Positions 10,864 through 21,442 of a DNA stretch of 64,000 bases are shown piece by piece; position 1 is the first letter of the stretch, and the number at the start of each line of letters is the position of its first letter. The stretch spans positions 64,001 to 128,000 of the IMG/VR virus record IMGVR_UViG_3300021256_000062; one strand, written 5' to 3'. Under the pieces are notes generated by a model. The model had not been told where the DNA came from, did no database searches, and saw nothing but the letters and a program-made list of their open reading frames with translations. A program made the translations under genes and the position numbers. The stretch comes from a virus (lineage: Duplodnaviria > Caudoviricetes).

Positions 10864-11862
10864 TTAAAATATCTCTACTACAGTATCTACAAGATAAGAA
10901 TCACTAACTAATCCGGTAAATATACGTGGATTACCATCTTCATTTAGTGAACTTATAACAACTTTAAGTTCATCTGCATTTGTGCCATAAACACCTATTA
11001 TATAAGATTCACAATATCCCCATGAAAAATCAACATCATGTTCTGAAAAGTCTACAACCACATCAGTAATAAAAGAAAATGAATCATCTTCATATCTACC
11101 TGCTGCTGTAAGACAATTATTTACTCCATTATGACCTCTAGAATATAGCACTTGTGCGATATCCGCACTATTCTCAAAAGCTTCGCCATTATTACTTAAT
11201 AATCTAAATGTCAAGATTTCACCCATACTTGATGCATCTGCATTATTAGCTAGAACAAAATTATGTTCATATAAATGTTTTTCATTTAATAGTAATTCCA
11301 CATGGGCTTCTGTAGGGAATCTAGCATCTGCTTGCTCTCTAGTATAGAAATTTCCATAAACATCACTTATAGTAGCAAACTTATCATCTGATTCTTCTTT
11401 AGTATAAGCATCTGTAGTTCCACCACTCTCATCAATCTTATATCTATTATTAGCTACATCTCTAAATAGTCTTTCGATTTCATCCCCACTAATGTCTCCA
11501 ATTGTAGTATTTTTAGGTAATTTTGCATTATGAGTAACTCTTAAATCTTGCACAATATCATTTGTTCTAGATTCAGTTTCACCATTACCTAAATATAATT
11601 TACCTAGAATTATTGGTTTTGATTTATCATTATCTTCAAAACTAACAAATACTATATCCCCAACATTATAACTATTTAAATGTTCAGGTTGATAACATAA
11701 TGTTGCTTCGATACTTGAAGGGGATAGTTTAGAATCTTTAGATTGACCAGCTGATAAGAATATAGGTATAAATACTTCATATATATTATCATATTTCTCA
11801 ACACCATTTTCAGTTATCCATTTACCTGTAGGTATTTTTGTAATCTTTCCTTTTGTAATCAT
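10864..11862 (-). CDS. baseplate central spike (gp5/gpV OB-fold-like)
   Basis: VGDIVFVSFEDNDKSKPIILG motif; lies between hub and gp25. Confidence 0.7.
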   Translation of the reverse strand: MITKGKITKIPTGKWITENGVEKYDNIYEVFIPIFLSAGQSKDSKLSPSSIEATLCYQPEHLNSYNVGDIVFVSFEDNDKSKPIILGKLYLGNGETESRTNDIVQDLRVTHNAKLPKNTTIGDISGDEIERLFRDVANNRYKIDESGGTTDAYTKEESDDKFATISDVYGNFYTREQADARFPTEAHVELLLNEKHLYEHNFVLANNADASSMGEILTFRLLSNNGEAFENSADIAQVLYSRGHNGVNNCLTAAGRYEDDSFSFITDVVVDFSEHDVDFSWGYCESYIIGVYGTNADELKVVISSLNEDGNPRIFTGLVSDSYLVDTVVEIF

Positions 11863-11904
11863 AAACTAACCTCTCATATATTTATTATACAATAATATTA
11901 TATA

Positions 11905-13197
11905 TTATTGCTGTGAATTATCCCCACCGACTCTAGTTAATGATAAACTCGTCTTAAATCCTTGTTCACTGATATTATCTATTTGTTGGGTTAAAATATA
12001 TAATCCACTAGAGTTATGTTTTTTACCATAAAAATATACATTTAATCTAACATAACTCATTAATAATGCAGGTCTTAATAATCCTTTTAATGTAAGGTTT
12101 ACTTTAATTGGATATTGAGTCACTTTAGTCCACCAAGTCTTATCTTGTTCTTGTGTGGTAAATGTAGGGTTCTTACTTGAAATCATTGGAGAGTATACTT
12201 GTTCAAGATTACCATCATTATCAATTCTTTGAACATAATAACTCTGATTTAATTTAGCTTGGTAATCGTATAGTATTGAGAAATTTTCATTATTTTCAAT
12301 GTTAAATTGTGTCACTATATTTTGAGATGGGAATCCTATATCAATTACATATGTATCTATAGGGTCATCATTTTTATTATTTCTAACTATTTCAAAATAA
12401 GGTCCATCAAAAATAAATTCACTATTCTCATCACTTCTATTATAATTACTAGTACTATCAATTATATTTAATGTATATATTGAACCTTGTTGTATTGAAT
12501 TAGGATTAATATCTGATGGTTTCATACAATTTACTAAATAAGATAAATAATCTAATGGAGATGTATTTTCGTGCAATTCTAAATCTACAACTCTATCTCC
12601 ACCAGGAATTAAATTATAAGATTCTACTAAATCTCTATTTTTCATTCCTGTAAAAATTTCTAACATCCCAAAATCACCATATAGTAATTCTTTTATAACA
12701 TTACTTGGTTTATCTCTAGTTGCTCTAAATGTATAGGCACCAGATGTAGCCAAGAATGCACTACTTACAGCACTAACTGTATATTGTATTACTGATGATT
12801 GAATTTGAAAATCTTGTTTAATATCAGTAATAACTGCTTGTTCTTCTCTATAAATAAAAGATGGTACTGATAAGTCACCATAACTAAATACTATTGTACG
12901 TGTTTTACTTACTGAACTAAATACTTTATCAAAAAAATTAGGGTCATCAGTTTCCGTAATAGGATATACTAACACTAGTGTATATGTATTAACCTTACCA
13001 TTTATCTTCTTAACTTGTAATGATTTAACATAGTTAGGATATTGTACCTTATTAGATACCTTATATTGGTTATCAGTTTGATATTTAGATTTTGCATATA
13101 CACCAAAAGTATAATCGCCAATTGTCACTTTTACAAAAGGAACTTCAACTCTACTTTGACTTGATAATAATGATAAATTACTTGGCATAAATATCAC
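11905..13197 (-). CDS. baseplate hub protein (gp27/gpD-like)
   Basis: C-terminal SSGLYILTQQIDNISEQGFKTSLSLTR; synteny. Confidence 0.65.
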   Translation of the reverse strand: MIFMPSNLSLLSSQSRVEVPFVKVTIGDYTFGVYAKSKYQTDNQYKVSNKVQYPNYVKSLQVKKINGKVNTYTLVLVYPITETDDPNFFDKVFSSVSKTRTIVFSYGDLSVPSFIYREEQAVITDIKQDFQIQSSVIQYTVSAVSSAFLATSGAYTFRATRDKPSNVIKELLYGDFGMLEIFTGMKNRDLVESYNLIPGGDRVVDLELHENTSPLDYLSYLVNCMKPSDINPNSIQQGSIYTLNIIDSTSNYNRSDENSEFIFDGPYFEIVRNNKNDDPIDTYVIDIGFPSQNIVTQFNIENNENFSILYDYQAKLNQSYYVQRIDNDGNLEQVYSPMISSKNPTFTTQEQDKTWWTKVTQYPIKVNLTLKGLLRPALLMSYVRLNVYFYGKKHNSSGLYILTQQIDNISEQGFKTSLSLTRVGGDNSQQ

Positions 13198-13522
13198 CTG
13201 TATAGTAAATATATGAAATTGATGGAATTTTAATTGTTTTAAATTTGTCAGTAAGTTTCATAAATGGGTCAATTATTCTATTGAAATCTGCAATAATCCA
13301 ATAATAGTCAGGACGACCATAATAGAATAGTGCAAGTGAATCTAATGTATCACTTGGCACTAATGTATGTAAAGTATATGAACTATTGTCACTTAATGGT
13401 TTACATAGACCATATACATATTTTTTATTTAAGGTATCATAATAAAATGATACTGATTCATATCTTGATAATGCAGGATAGTCTTTTGTTTGTTTATCTA
13501 TATATGTATTCATAATTAACAC
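13178..13522 (-). CDS. baseplate LysM-like protein (gp53/gpX-like)
   Basis: DTLDSLALFYYGRPDYYWIIADFNRIIDP. Confidence 0.8.
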   Translation of the reverse strand: MLIMNTYIDKQTKDYPALSRYESVSFYYDTLNKKYVYGLCKPLSDNSSYTLHTLVPSDTLDSLALFYYGRPDYYWIIADFNRIIDPFMKLTDKFKTIKIPSISYIYYTGDIYAK

Positions 13523-14122
13523 CTACCCTTCAAATGTTACACCATTTCTAAATGCTCTAGATATACCTCTAAATGAACCTAATTCCATTACAGTATCTGC
13601 GTCATATGGGTCAACCTCATAAACTGTAAATCCAATAGTAACTAATGCATATTGTCCATTACTTAACATTGGTGGTGCATAGGCTACAGTTACTCCACCA
13701 ATAACAACACCTTTAATAAATATATCTTCTCCTGCACCAATTCTAATTGCAACCATAGGTGGTATAACTGATTTAGATGCTTCAACATATCTAGGTAATG
13801 CAATTGCTTGAATTTTTCTAATCAATGCATTTACATAATCTTCACCTACTTCTAATGTAGCATTACTTAAACCATTTGCATTTACTGAATCAAGTAAATC
13901 TCTATGTAACTCGAATTGAAATGTCATAGAACGTGGTCCTGAATTTGAATATGAGAAGACTGGTGCTGAACGAGATAGAGCTGTTGTTTGTTGGAAATTA
14001 GATTGTAATGTATCTGTAATACTTTCTGGATATGTAGGTAAAAATATTACCTCATCAGTATGATACATATAAATATAATTTCCTGTTTTAATTAACTCTT
14101 TTTTTCTTTCATTATCTGCCAT
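13523..14122 (-). CDS. tail tube initiator/baseplate cap (gp48/54-like)
   Basis: PESITDT...RSAPVFSYSNSGPRSMTF...PPMV; synteny. Confidence 0.6.
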   Translation of the reverse strand: MADNERKKELIKTGNYIYMYHTDEVIFLPTYPESITDTLQSNFQQTTALSRSAPVFSYSNSGPRSMTFQFELHRDLLDSVNANGLSNATLEVGEDYVNALIRKIQAIALPRYVEASKSVIPPMVAIRIGAGEDIFIKGVVIGGVTVAYAPPMLSNGQYALVTIGFTVYEVDPYDADTVMELGSFRGISRAFRNGVTFEG

Positions 14123-14123
14123 A

Positions 14124-15398
14124 CTAGTACTCCTTTATAGAATCATTCGTAGTTTCAATAATTAATTTTTCTTCTACATCCTTATCAACATATCCAAATG
14201 TATCACTACGTTTATCTAATACACCTTTTTTAATAGCATTTAAATATATAAGTAATCTTAATTTAGGAGTATACTCTCTATATGGGGTATATGTACTAAT
14301 AATTCCTTGTTCTAATAAACTATCTTGTACTCTATCAATATTTGATATTATTTCATCATTAGGAGTTATTACATTGTCAGTTAAGTATTCCATTAATCTA
14401 TCGGCAAAAGGATGTTGTTTAGAGTCATTCTTTTGTAATAACTGACTATCACTTGTAAAATAATTATTACTTATATTATCATTATTTAAATTTGAATAAT
14501 TAACTAATAAATTTCTATATTTAGATGGATAATAATTATATCCTTTATCTCCTAATACGTTATTCATATATCTTTTAGAAATTGTTACTTTAGTTTTTTC
14601 ATCCACTGTAGGTTCATCTGATATTTCAGTAACTACTAGTGATGATTCATTTAAAAATGGTATTTTAATAATTAATTTAAGTTCACTTTCTCTACTGAAC
14701 AATTCAGCTGGTATATGACTTAAATCAGTTAAATTATATAATTTATCATAAATTACACAATTACTAAATCTTAATCCATTAAATTTTGCATAGGTATCTT
14801 GATAAAAATATTTTAATTTATCATCTCCACCAATTATAATTTTATTAACTTGGTTATCATTCTCATATATTGTTGCAACTACTTCAATGTCAAATGAACA
14901 ATCAATGGCTATTGCATATTTCTTCCAAAATTTAACAGGTACTACACATAATTTATATGCACCATTTGTACTATCAAATACATTATCGAATGCAATAAAT
15001 TTTTTAGCATATTCTCCACTAAAACAATTATACATTGACATTAAATCTAAATTCTCATAATCTCTTACAAATCTTAAGTAATCTCCAAGTTCTTTATGTG
15101 TAATATAATCATATTGATTACTTTTAATAGGTAAGGTATGTGTAATATTCAACATTGGTCTATTCTTGTCAAATACATCACAAAATATAAAATCATCTGG
15201 ATTATAACCAAAATCATCAAAAAATTTAGTATTCTTTGCAATTACTACATTTGTCTTATAGATATATGTCATTCCTTTATAGATAAATAATCTATCATGG
15301 TCTCTTATAACCTTACATTTAGGGAGATTAAATGATTTTAATAATTGTTTAATTTGACCAACAAATATATTATTGAAATTATATTCTAGCATAATCAT
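14124..15398 (-). CDS. hypothetical virion protein
   Basis: Long ORF inside the tail operon. Confidence 0.65.
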   Translation of the reverse strand: MIMLEYNFNNIFVGQIKQLLKSFNLPKCKVIRDHDRLFIYKGMTYIYKTNVVIAKNTKFFDDFGYNPDDFIFCDVFDKNRPMLNITHTLPIKSNQYDYITHKELGDYLRFVRDYENLDLMSMYNCFSGEYAKKFIAFDNVFDSTNGAYKLCVVPVKFWKKYAIAIDCSFDIEVVATIYENDNQVNKIIIGGDDKLKYFYQDTYAKFNGLRFSNCVIYDKLYNLTDLSHIPAELFSRESELKLIIKIPFLNESSLVVTEISDEPTVDEKTKVTISKRYMNNVLGDKGYNYYPSKYRNLLVNYSNLNNDNISNNYFTSDSQLLQKNDSKQHPFADRLMEYLTDNVITPNDEIISNIDRVQDSLLEQGIISTYTPYREYTPKLRLLIYLNAIKKGVLDKRSDTFGYVDKDVEEKLIIETTNDSIKEY

Positions 15399-15410
15399 TC
15401 ATCTCCTATT

Positions 15411-17468
15411 CTATGTAAGTCCAGGTGTTCCACCTGTAGTATAGAAAGGTTCTTCCATTCTAACAGTTAATGTTTCACCTAATCTATCTAATATTTTATT
15501 TAAAGTAATATCTATTGAGTTAATCTTATCTGCAATTTCAGTCTTCATATCTACATCTGAACTTGCCATAATTTCTCCTTTAGATTTACTTTCACTTTCC
15601 ATTTGTTCATTTGCACTTTGTTTTGCTGATGCTAATGAACTCTCATAGAATGCACTACCACTAGATTGTCCCATAACTGTAGATTTAGAAGTTTGCATTC
15701 CACTTTGAACTGGTTTTACCTCTCCTAGTGTTGTTGTGGCAATATCTCTATTTATTCCTAATGTACTTAATGTTCTACTGAAATCAACAGTATTACCTAC
15801 ACCACTAATAATATCTCCAATCATACCAAGTGAACCAACACCCATAATTCCTAATTTCATCAAGTTCTCAACTGTAGTATTTAAATCTAAACCAGTACCC
15901 ATACCAAATATTGCAGGGATATTAATACCACCAGTATATTCTTGAATCATATCAGTTATTCTCCAAAGTGCAGATGTAACTGGATTATCTGCAATATTAG
16001 AGAACATTGAGAATTGAGCATTTTCAATAACAGTGTTAATTGCATCTGCCATTGCTGTTCTAGATGTCACTTGTCTCATTTGATATTCCAATTCACCTAT
16101 AGTATTACCATAGGTCATATTAGATTTATATATTTCATCTATTGCTTTTCTATTTAAATTTAAAGCTGCAGTTAAATCTGATACACTGACACCAAATGTT
16201 GATGCATACTGATTCTTAACAACTTGATTTGTTGAACTACCAATTTCTTGTAAATATTCAACAATTGATTTTAATAATTTATTAGTTTCATCAGTATTAA
16301 TTTGTCTAGTTAACATATCTGCATATGATAACCCAGCTCTACTTGCAGCCATAACAATTAAACTTTGAACTGATGAACTTTCAAGTCCACTTACATCACC
16401 TGTTGCAAGATATCCCAATGCTGATGCTAAATTACCTACAGTAGTTGAACTCAATCCTACTGATGATAGTGAACCTAACCATTTTTGGATTTGATACTCA
16501 AATTCAACACCTCTTTGAACATCTAATTGTGATGTAGCATCTACGATTGCTGTAGTTACATCATCAAATGAATCACTTAAGTATTCAGTATTTTGGAACA
16601 TACCATTTAAAAATCTAGTTAAGTATGCTTCCATACCTAATCTACTTGCAGTGGAGTCGGCTTGTTGTAATCTTACTATTCTCATTAAACTTGCATTTGC
16701 AGCATCAAATGTTGTTGCTACCTTATCACTTACAGTTTGTAAGAATGCTCTTTGTTCCAAATTAAATGCTATACCACTTTCTACTAAACTATTTAAATTC
16801 TCTAATAATGTTTGAGTTTTTAAATATGGAGTTATACCAACATTTCTTAATAATGAATTTTGTATTGAACTAAATCCACTACCTGAACCTTGTAATCTAG
16901 TATTAATTGCTGTTTGATATTTAGAGAATGTCTCTGCAACTTGTTTATATAAACCATCTGCAGCCGACATTGCTTTATTGAAATTCTCATTCATTCTCTT
17001 GGCACGAGACTCTGATGAAAATTGGTCTTTAATCATGGCAGCGGAAGTCTTTGCCCACGCTTTAGTGGCACTCATAGTTCCATCAGCCACCATTTGGTCT
17101 AATTGGTCTCTATAAGCTTGTAAATCTTCTTCTCTTTCTTTACGTTCTTCTTCTAATCTTTTCTTTCTATCTTTAGCAATTGTCTTATCTAAATTTTGAG
17201 CATCCTTAAGTGCTCTTTTAGCTTCATCTTTTTGCTCTTGTTCATATTGCTTTCTCTTATAATCAGCTAATTTCTTAACTAATGCAGCTTGTTCTTTAGA
17301 GTCTATAGTTAATGATTCATGTTGTAATAATCTTTTATACTTGGCAATTTCTTCTTCCATTGCCTTTTGTTTATCACGTTGTTCCTTTAAGTAGGCATCT
17401 TCAGCTGTTTGTCTTGTATTAACTTGACCTATATTAGGATTATTATTATCTTTTAAAGCCATAGACAA
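15411..17468 (-). CDS. tape measure protein
   Basis: Helical, Ala/Ser/Gln-rich with N-terminal coiled coil; follows tube and chaperones. Confidence 0.7.
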   Translation of the reverse strand: MSMALKDNNNPNIGQVNTRQTAEDAYLKEQRDKQKAMEEEIAKYKRLLQHESLTIDSKEQAALVKKLADYKRKQYEQEQKDEAKRALKDAQNLDKTIAKDRKKRLEEERKEREEDLQAYRDQLDQMVADGTMSATKAWAKTSAAMIKDQFSSESRAKRMNENFNKAMSAADGLYKQVAETFSKYQTAINTRLQGSGSGFSSIQNSLLRNVGITPYLKTQTLLENLNSLVESGIAFNLEQRAFLQTVSDKVATTFDAANASLMRIVRLQQADSTASRLGMEAYLTRFLNGMFQNTEYLSDSFDDVTTAIVDATSQLDVQRGVEFEYQIQKWLGSLSSVGLSSTTVGNLASALGYLATGDVSGLESSSVQSLIVMAASRAGLSYADMLTRQINTDETNKLLKSIVEYLQEIGSSTNQVVKNQYASTFGVSVSDLTAALNLNRKAIDEIYKSNMTYGNTIGELEYQMRQVTSRTAMADAINTVIENAQFSMFSNIADNPVTSALWRITDMIQEYTGGINIPAIFGMGTGLDLNTTVENLMKLGIMGVGSLGMIGDIISGVGNTVDFSRTLSTLGINRDIATTTLGEVKPVQSGMQTSKSTVMGQSSGSAFYESSLASAKQSANEQMESESKSKGEIMASSDVDMKTEIADKINSIDITLNKILDRLGETLTVRMEEPFYTTGGTPGLT

Positions 17469-17473
17469 TCCTC

Positions 17474-17773
17474 CTACTTTCTATTTTGTCTTTTTTGTTC
17501 TAATTCTCTTCTTTGTTCTTCATATTTTTCTTGAATCTTTTGTGCTTCTTCCACCAAGAAACTTAATATATAGTTTCTTTCAGTAGGAGACATTTTCAAC
17601 ACATCCTCATATGATGTATGTATATGTTTTGAAATTAAATAACAATCTTGAACTAAACTCTTATATAAAATTGGTCCTAATGGATTACCCTTTTCATCAT
17701 AGAGTTGGCCAAAAAAATTCAGATGTGGGGCGAAAGGTACTTGTGTAGTCTTTTTGACAACGTGGATTTCCAC
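17474..17773 (-). CDS. second tail chaperone ORF (gp51/GT-like), probably reached by frameshift
   Basis: SYEDVLKMSPTERNYILSFL motif; overlaps the upstream chaperone and has no convincing start of its own. Confidence 0.6.
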   Translation of the reverse strand: MEIHVVKKTTQVPFAPHLNFFGQLYDEKGNPLGPILYKSLVQDCYLISKHIHTSYEDVLKMSPTERNYILSFLVEEAQKIQEKYEEQRRELEQKRQNRK

Positions 17774-18443
17774 ATTGAGTTACAACTACAGTATCTAGTC
17801 CTATCATACTATTTATTTTTTCAGCTGCATCAAAAATAACTTTTGCATCCATCACTGGTAATTTTTGTACAAAATTTTCAAGTCTAATTGGGTCTAAAAC
17901 CTCACCATCTACTTCTTCAATTAAAGCCTCTAATGTTAACTCAAAAGTTGGGTCAATTGAATTAGGGTCTTTCTTAAGTCTTGCATTCTTTTGTTTATTA
18001 ATGTTTTCTAACATTGCAGGTGTTTGATATCTTAATGTTATAGTCTTTCCTGTTCTAGGTAATTCAACGGTAAACATTGATTTCATTTTAGGGTCATATT
18101 CATTGACATCTAAATCTTCTAGATTAAATACTTGTTCTTCAATCTCATTACAATAAGGACATCTAGTTGTCATTTTATATTCGGTACCATATGATACTAT
18201 TCTTAATTTATGCATCATAAACTGATAATCACCTAAACATAAATCTTTAACTGGGATTCCCAAGTCAGTTAATAAACAATCTTCTATTATTTCACACATT
18301 GTTAAATAAGGAGTCTTTGTTGGAGATAATCTTTTCATCTCTTCAATTGTAGTCATACTTCTTAATGTGAATTCAGGATTTACTTTCTTATCATAAATTA
18401 ATCCCTTTGATGGTAATGTAAAACTTTCTTGTATTGTATTCAT
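17697..18443 (-). CDS. tail/baseplate hub assembly chaperone (T4 gp26-like)
   Basis: TLPSKG...LRSMTTIEE...LRIVSYG...CPYC...LRY; ends FFWP. Confidence 0.75.
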   Translation of the reverse strand: MNTIQESFTLPSKGLIYDKKVNPEFTLRSMTTIEEMKRLSPTKTPYLTMCEIIEDCLLTDLGIPVKDLCLGDYQFMMHKLRIVSYGTEYKMTTRCPYCNEIEEQVFNLEDLDVNEYDPKMKSMFTVELPRTGKTITLRYQTPAMLENINKQKNARLKKDPNSIDPTFELTLEALIEEVDGEVLDPIRLENFVQKLPVMDAKVIFDAAEKINSMIGLDTVVVTQCGNPRCQKDYTSTFRPTSEFFWPTL

Positions 18444-18648
18444 ACTAATTTCCTTTCTAATTGATGTAAAATTGCCTTAATTTTAATTTTTATATGAAAT
18501 ACTTATAACTTATGGCAAATTATATAAAAACTAATTATACGACAAATTTTACTATAATATAACAAAAATATCATAGAATATTATACCATATGATTATTTG
18601 TCATAGTTCATATGTACATACTCTATGATATTATACAATATTTCTATA

Positions 18649-19281
18649 TTAAGATTGTGAAACAAACTCTACTGATTCCATATCATCTGGTAAATGAGGG
18701 ATTGCTCTATCATATTCGATTGTTGCTGTAATTTCTCTCTTACCATCATCATCAGATGAGAATTCATTTTCATCTAATTTTGAAATCCATACACCATACA
18801 TATCCCAATATCTAATCATTCTATGGTCTGGAGTATATTCAATTAATTTTGCTTGAATCTTATAATCTTCTGCTCTACCTACTGATTCATCTTCAACGTG
18901 TGCAGCAAGTCCTCTCCATGCTTGTAAAATTCCTTTAGTATTTGCACCAATATAATCGTTAAATTTAAATGAACCAGAATCATAAGTAATTGCACCTGCA
19001 AATTTTACAGTACCATTACCTCTTTTAACTTCAATTACATTTTGAGTAAAATTAGGAACTGAAGCTGAACTTACTGATAATCTAATTACTTCTTGTGCAA
19101 TATCTGCTTTAAATTGTTCATAGTCAGACGCATTTGCTCTTTCAGCACCTAAAGCAATTAATGTATCAGTGAAGATAGGCATAAACACAAAGTTATTACT
19201 TCTTGCAGGAGTATATAACTCAGGATGCATTGCAATATGATATGTTCCTAAAATATCTGTTGATTTATTTTTACTTGGCAT
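18649..19281 (-). CDS. tail tube protein (gp19-like)
   Basis: VKFAGAITY, FNDYIG, WDMYGVW, ITATIEYDRA; follows sheath. Confidence 0.85.
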   Translation of the reverse strand: MPSKNKSTDILGTYHIAMHPELYTPARSNNFVFMPIFTDTLIALGAERANASDYEQFKADIAQEVIRLSVSSASVPNFTQNVIEVKRGNGTVKFAGAITYDSGSFKFNDYIGANTKGILQAWRGLAAHVEDESVGRAEDYKIQAKLIEYTPDHRMIRYWDMYGVWISKLDENEFSSDDDGKREITATIEYDRAIPHLPDDMESVEFVSQS

Positions 19282-19299
19282 ATTATTCTATCCCCTTTC

Positions 19300-20799
19300 C
19301 TATTCTTCAGTGACAGTGAATGAGTCAACTAATTCTACTAATAAATTAAATTTTTCAACTGCTTCAATTGGAATAATACTAATTACGGCTGCAAGTGTAG
19401 CCTTAACTGCAGTATCCACTTTAATCATCTTATAATCTTTAATTCCTTGATTAGTTTTCATAACGTCTAATAGTTGTTGAATTTGTGACTTAAAGTTGAA
19501 CCATAATCTATCACTATTTTGTTCAAACATATAAGCTTTAGAGCTTCTATATAATTGTTTCTTTAAGTCAATTACAAGTTGTCTAATATTTAAGAATGAA
19601 CTTGCAATTAATCCTTGAGATAAAGCATTATCCCATAATGTTCTATTACCCCAAATTAAGATTCCATATGGATTAACTGTTGTGATAGGGTTAACAGCAA
19701 CACCTGTATCTGGAGTTAATAGATTTGCTTTCTTCTCACCATAATTATAAATAGGTGTTCCTTTAATTGTACCTCTTAATCTACCTGCAGTCGCATACCA
19801 AGTAGGATTATCTTCAACTGAATTAATAAATGCATCTAGATAAGCAACTGATGCTGGTAATGTAATATCACTACCACTTATTGGATATTTACACCAAGGA
19901 CTAAACATTGCAGCATATTTAGATGTAACTAATTGTGCAGACGCTAGTACACTACCTACATCTGTCAAGTCATAAGGATGGTCTAATAATAATAGACAAT
20001 CTCCTCTTTCAGCTACTATTGTTTGTAATTTACTAATTGCAGCTGATACTGTTCCACCTGCAATATAATATACACGTCCTGCAGATGCAGTTTGACTATC
20101 ATCTAATACATATTGGCCATTTTGATTTTGATAGAAGAATTTTCCAGCTTCATACTCAACTTTAACATAGTATTCTCTATCTGCATTAAATTCACCATTG
20201 TCTAACACCCACGCTGGAGTTGTTATATCATAATAATAATATTTTGATGGTTGATATGATAATACATCAACATTTGCAGCTACATAGTAGCATTCAAATG
20301 CATGACTTAAATCTTCAGTATATCCTGCAGGTGAACCTGTAACATTAGTAAATGTTTTAATATTTGTATAATTTGGATTAGGTGCAGTTATATATCCACC
20401 TAATGTTAAGAATCTAACATCATATAATCCTTTATCATCTAAATCATCATAAAATGACTCTTGACTTAAAGCTTCCTTTAAACCATCATAACTTGTATAA
20501 GGCCCACCATTATTAGATGGTGATTTATATAATACTTTAAATCCACTATTCAATAAGAATTTTGCAGTAAGATATCCAGGGTCTCTTGTTATATTATTTG
20601 TACTAAATGGTGCTTCACCATCACTATATACTGGACATTCACCAAAATTCTCAACTAATTCATCCGCATTATTAAGTAATACGAATTTATCTAAATTAGA
20701 ATTTAATCTACTTCCACCTGGAACAAATACTACATAATCTTGTTCAGCTGATAAACCTGCAGAAGTATTGTCTCTTTCTCTAATATCAATAACAGGCAT
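19300..20799 (-). CDS. tail sheath protein (gp18-like)
   Basis: PTWYATAGRLRG, VNPI, WGNRTL, LNIRQL, FEQN motifs. Confidence 0.9.
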   Translation of the reverse strand: MPVIDIRERDNTSAGLSAEQDYVVFVPGGSRLNSNLDKFVLLNNADELVENFGECPVYSDGEAPFSTNNITRDPGYLTAKFLLNSGFKVLYKSPSNNGGPYTSYDGLKEALSQESFYDDLDDKGLYDVRFLTLGGYITAPNPNYTNIKTFTNVTGSPAGYTEDLSHAFECYYVAANVDVLSYQPSKYYYYDITTPAWVLDNGEFNADREYYVKVEYEAGKFFYQNQNGQYVLDDSQTASAGRVYYIAGGTVSAAISKLQTIVAERGDCLLLLDHPYDLTDVGSVLASAQLVTSKYAAMFSPWCKYPISGSDITLPASVAYLDAFINSVEDNPTWYATAGRLRGTIKGTPIYNYGEKKANLLTPDTGVAVNPITTVNPYGILIWGNRTLWDNALSQGLIASSFLNIRQLVIDLKKQLYRSSKAYMFEQNSDRLWFNFKSQIQQLLDVMKTNQGIKDYKMIKVDTAVKATLAAVISIIPIEAVEKFNLLVELVDSFTVTEE

Positions 20800-20825
20800 A
20801 ATTGTTCTCCTTTTTATTATTTTTT

Positions 20826-20842
20826 ATCTATATAATTTAGCT
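20826..20842 (-). promoter_or_regulatory. putative late promoter AGCTAAATTATATAGAT
   Basis: Identical 17-mer at 32805-32821; variants at 51300 and 61487; all lie upstream of virion genes. Confidence 0.6.
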
Positions 20843-21440
20843 AGTCTTTTAATTCAATATTTGAATTTTCTTCATCAATACTAACATTGTTTTTATATGG
20901 TAATGAGAAGAAATAAGCATCATCTACTACAAATCTAATTGTCCACCTTGTAAATTGGTCAGGTGCCAATCTTAATGGTATATCGGATGTATCTTCTATT
21001 GTAGGTAATACTCGAATATTACTCCAATGTTCATATTGAATATTATTATAAGGTAAAATTACCTTTACTGTAGGGAAATTTTGTAATTGGAACACAAAGT
21101 TCCTTAAGTATTCATCTCCCTCATTAAAATATCTAGTGTATATATCTATTTGATAAGATATAGTCATTGGTATTGCATCAATTTGTAATGATTTATCATG
21201 AGTGGCAGCTAGCATCATACCATCATATGACATTACTTTTTTATGTGTATATTGTAACTCAATTTCGGGATTTCTAGTTATAGTAATTAAAGGTAGTGTT
21301 ATAGGAGTATCTTTAGTCTCATCTGCCTTTATTTGAAATAATCTTTCAGTTTCATCTGGAGATAACACCTTTAATGACTCATCCTTAATCCAACTTTTAA
21401 TTTTAGCCACAATTGCTTCATCATATAATCTAATAGACAT
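20841..21440 (-). CDS. tail terminator/sheath stabiliser (gp15-like)
   Basis: ITLPLITITR...IPMTISYQIDIYTR; position before sheath. Confidence 0.7.
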   Translation of the reverse strand: MSIRLYDEAIVAKIKSWIKDESLKVLSPDETERLFQIKADETKDTPITLPLITITRNPEIELQYTHKKVMSYDGMMLAATHDKSLQIDAIPMTISYQIDIYTRYFNEGDEYLRNFVFQLQNFPTVKVILPYNNIQYEHWSNIRVLPTIEDTSDIPLRLAPDQFTRWTIRFVVDDAYFFSLPYKNNVSIDEENSNIELKD

Positions 21441-21442
21441 AT

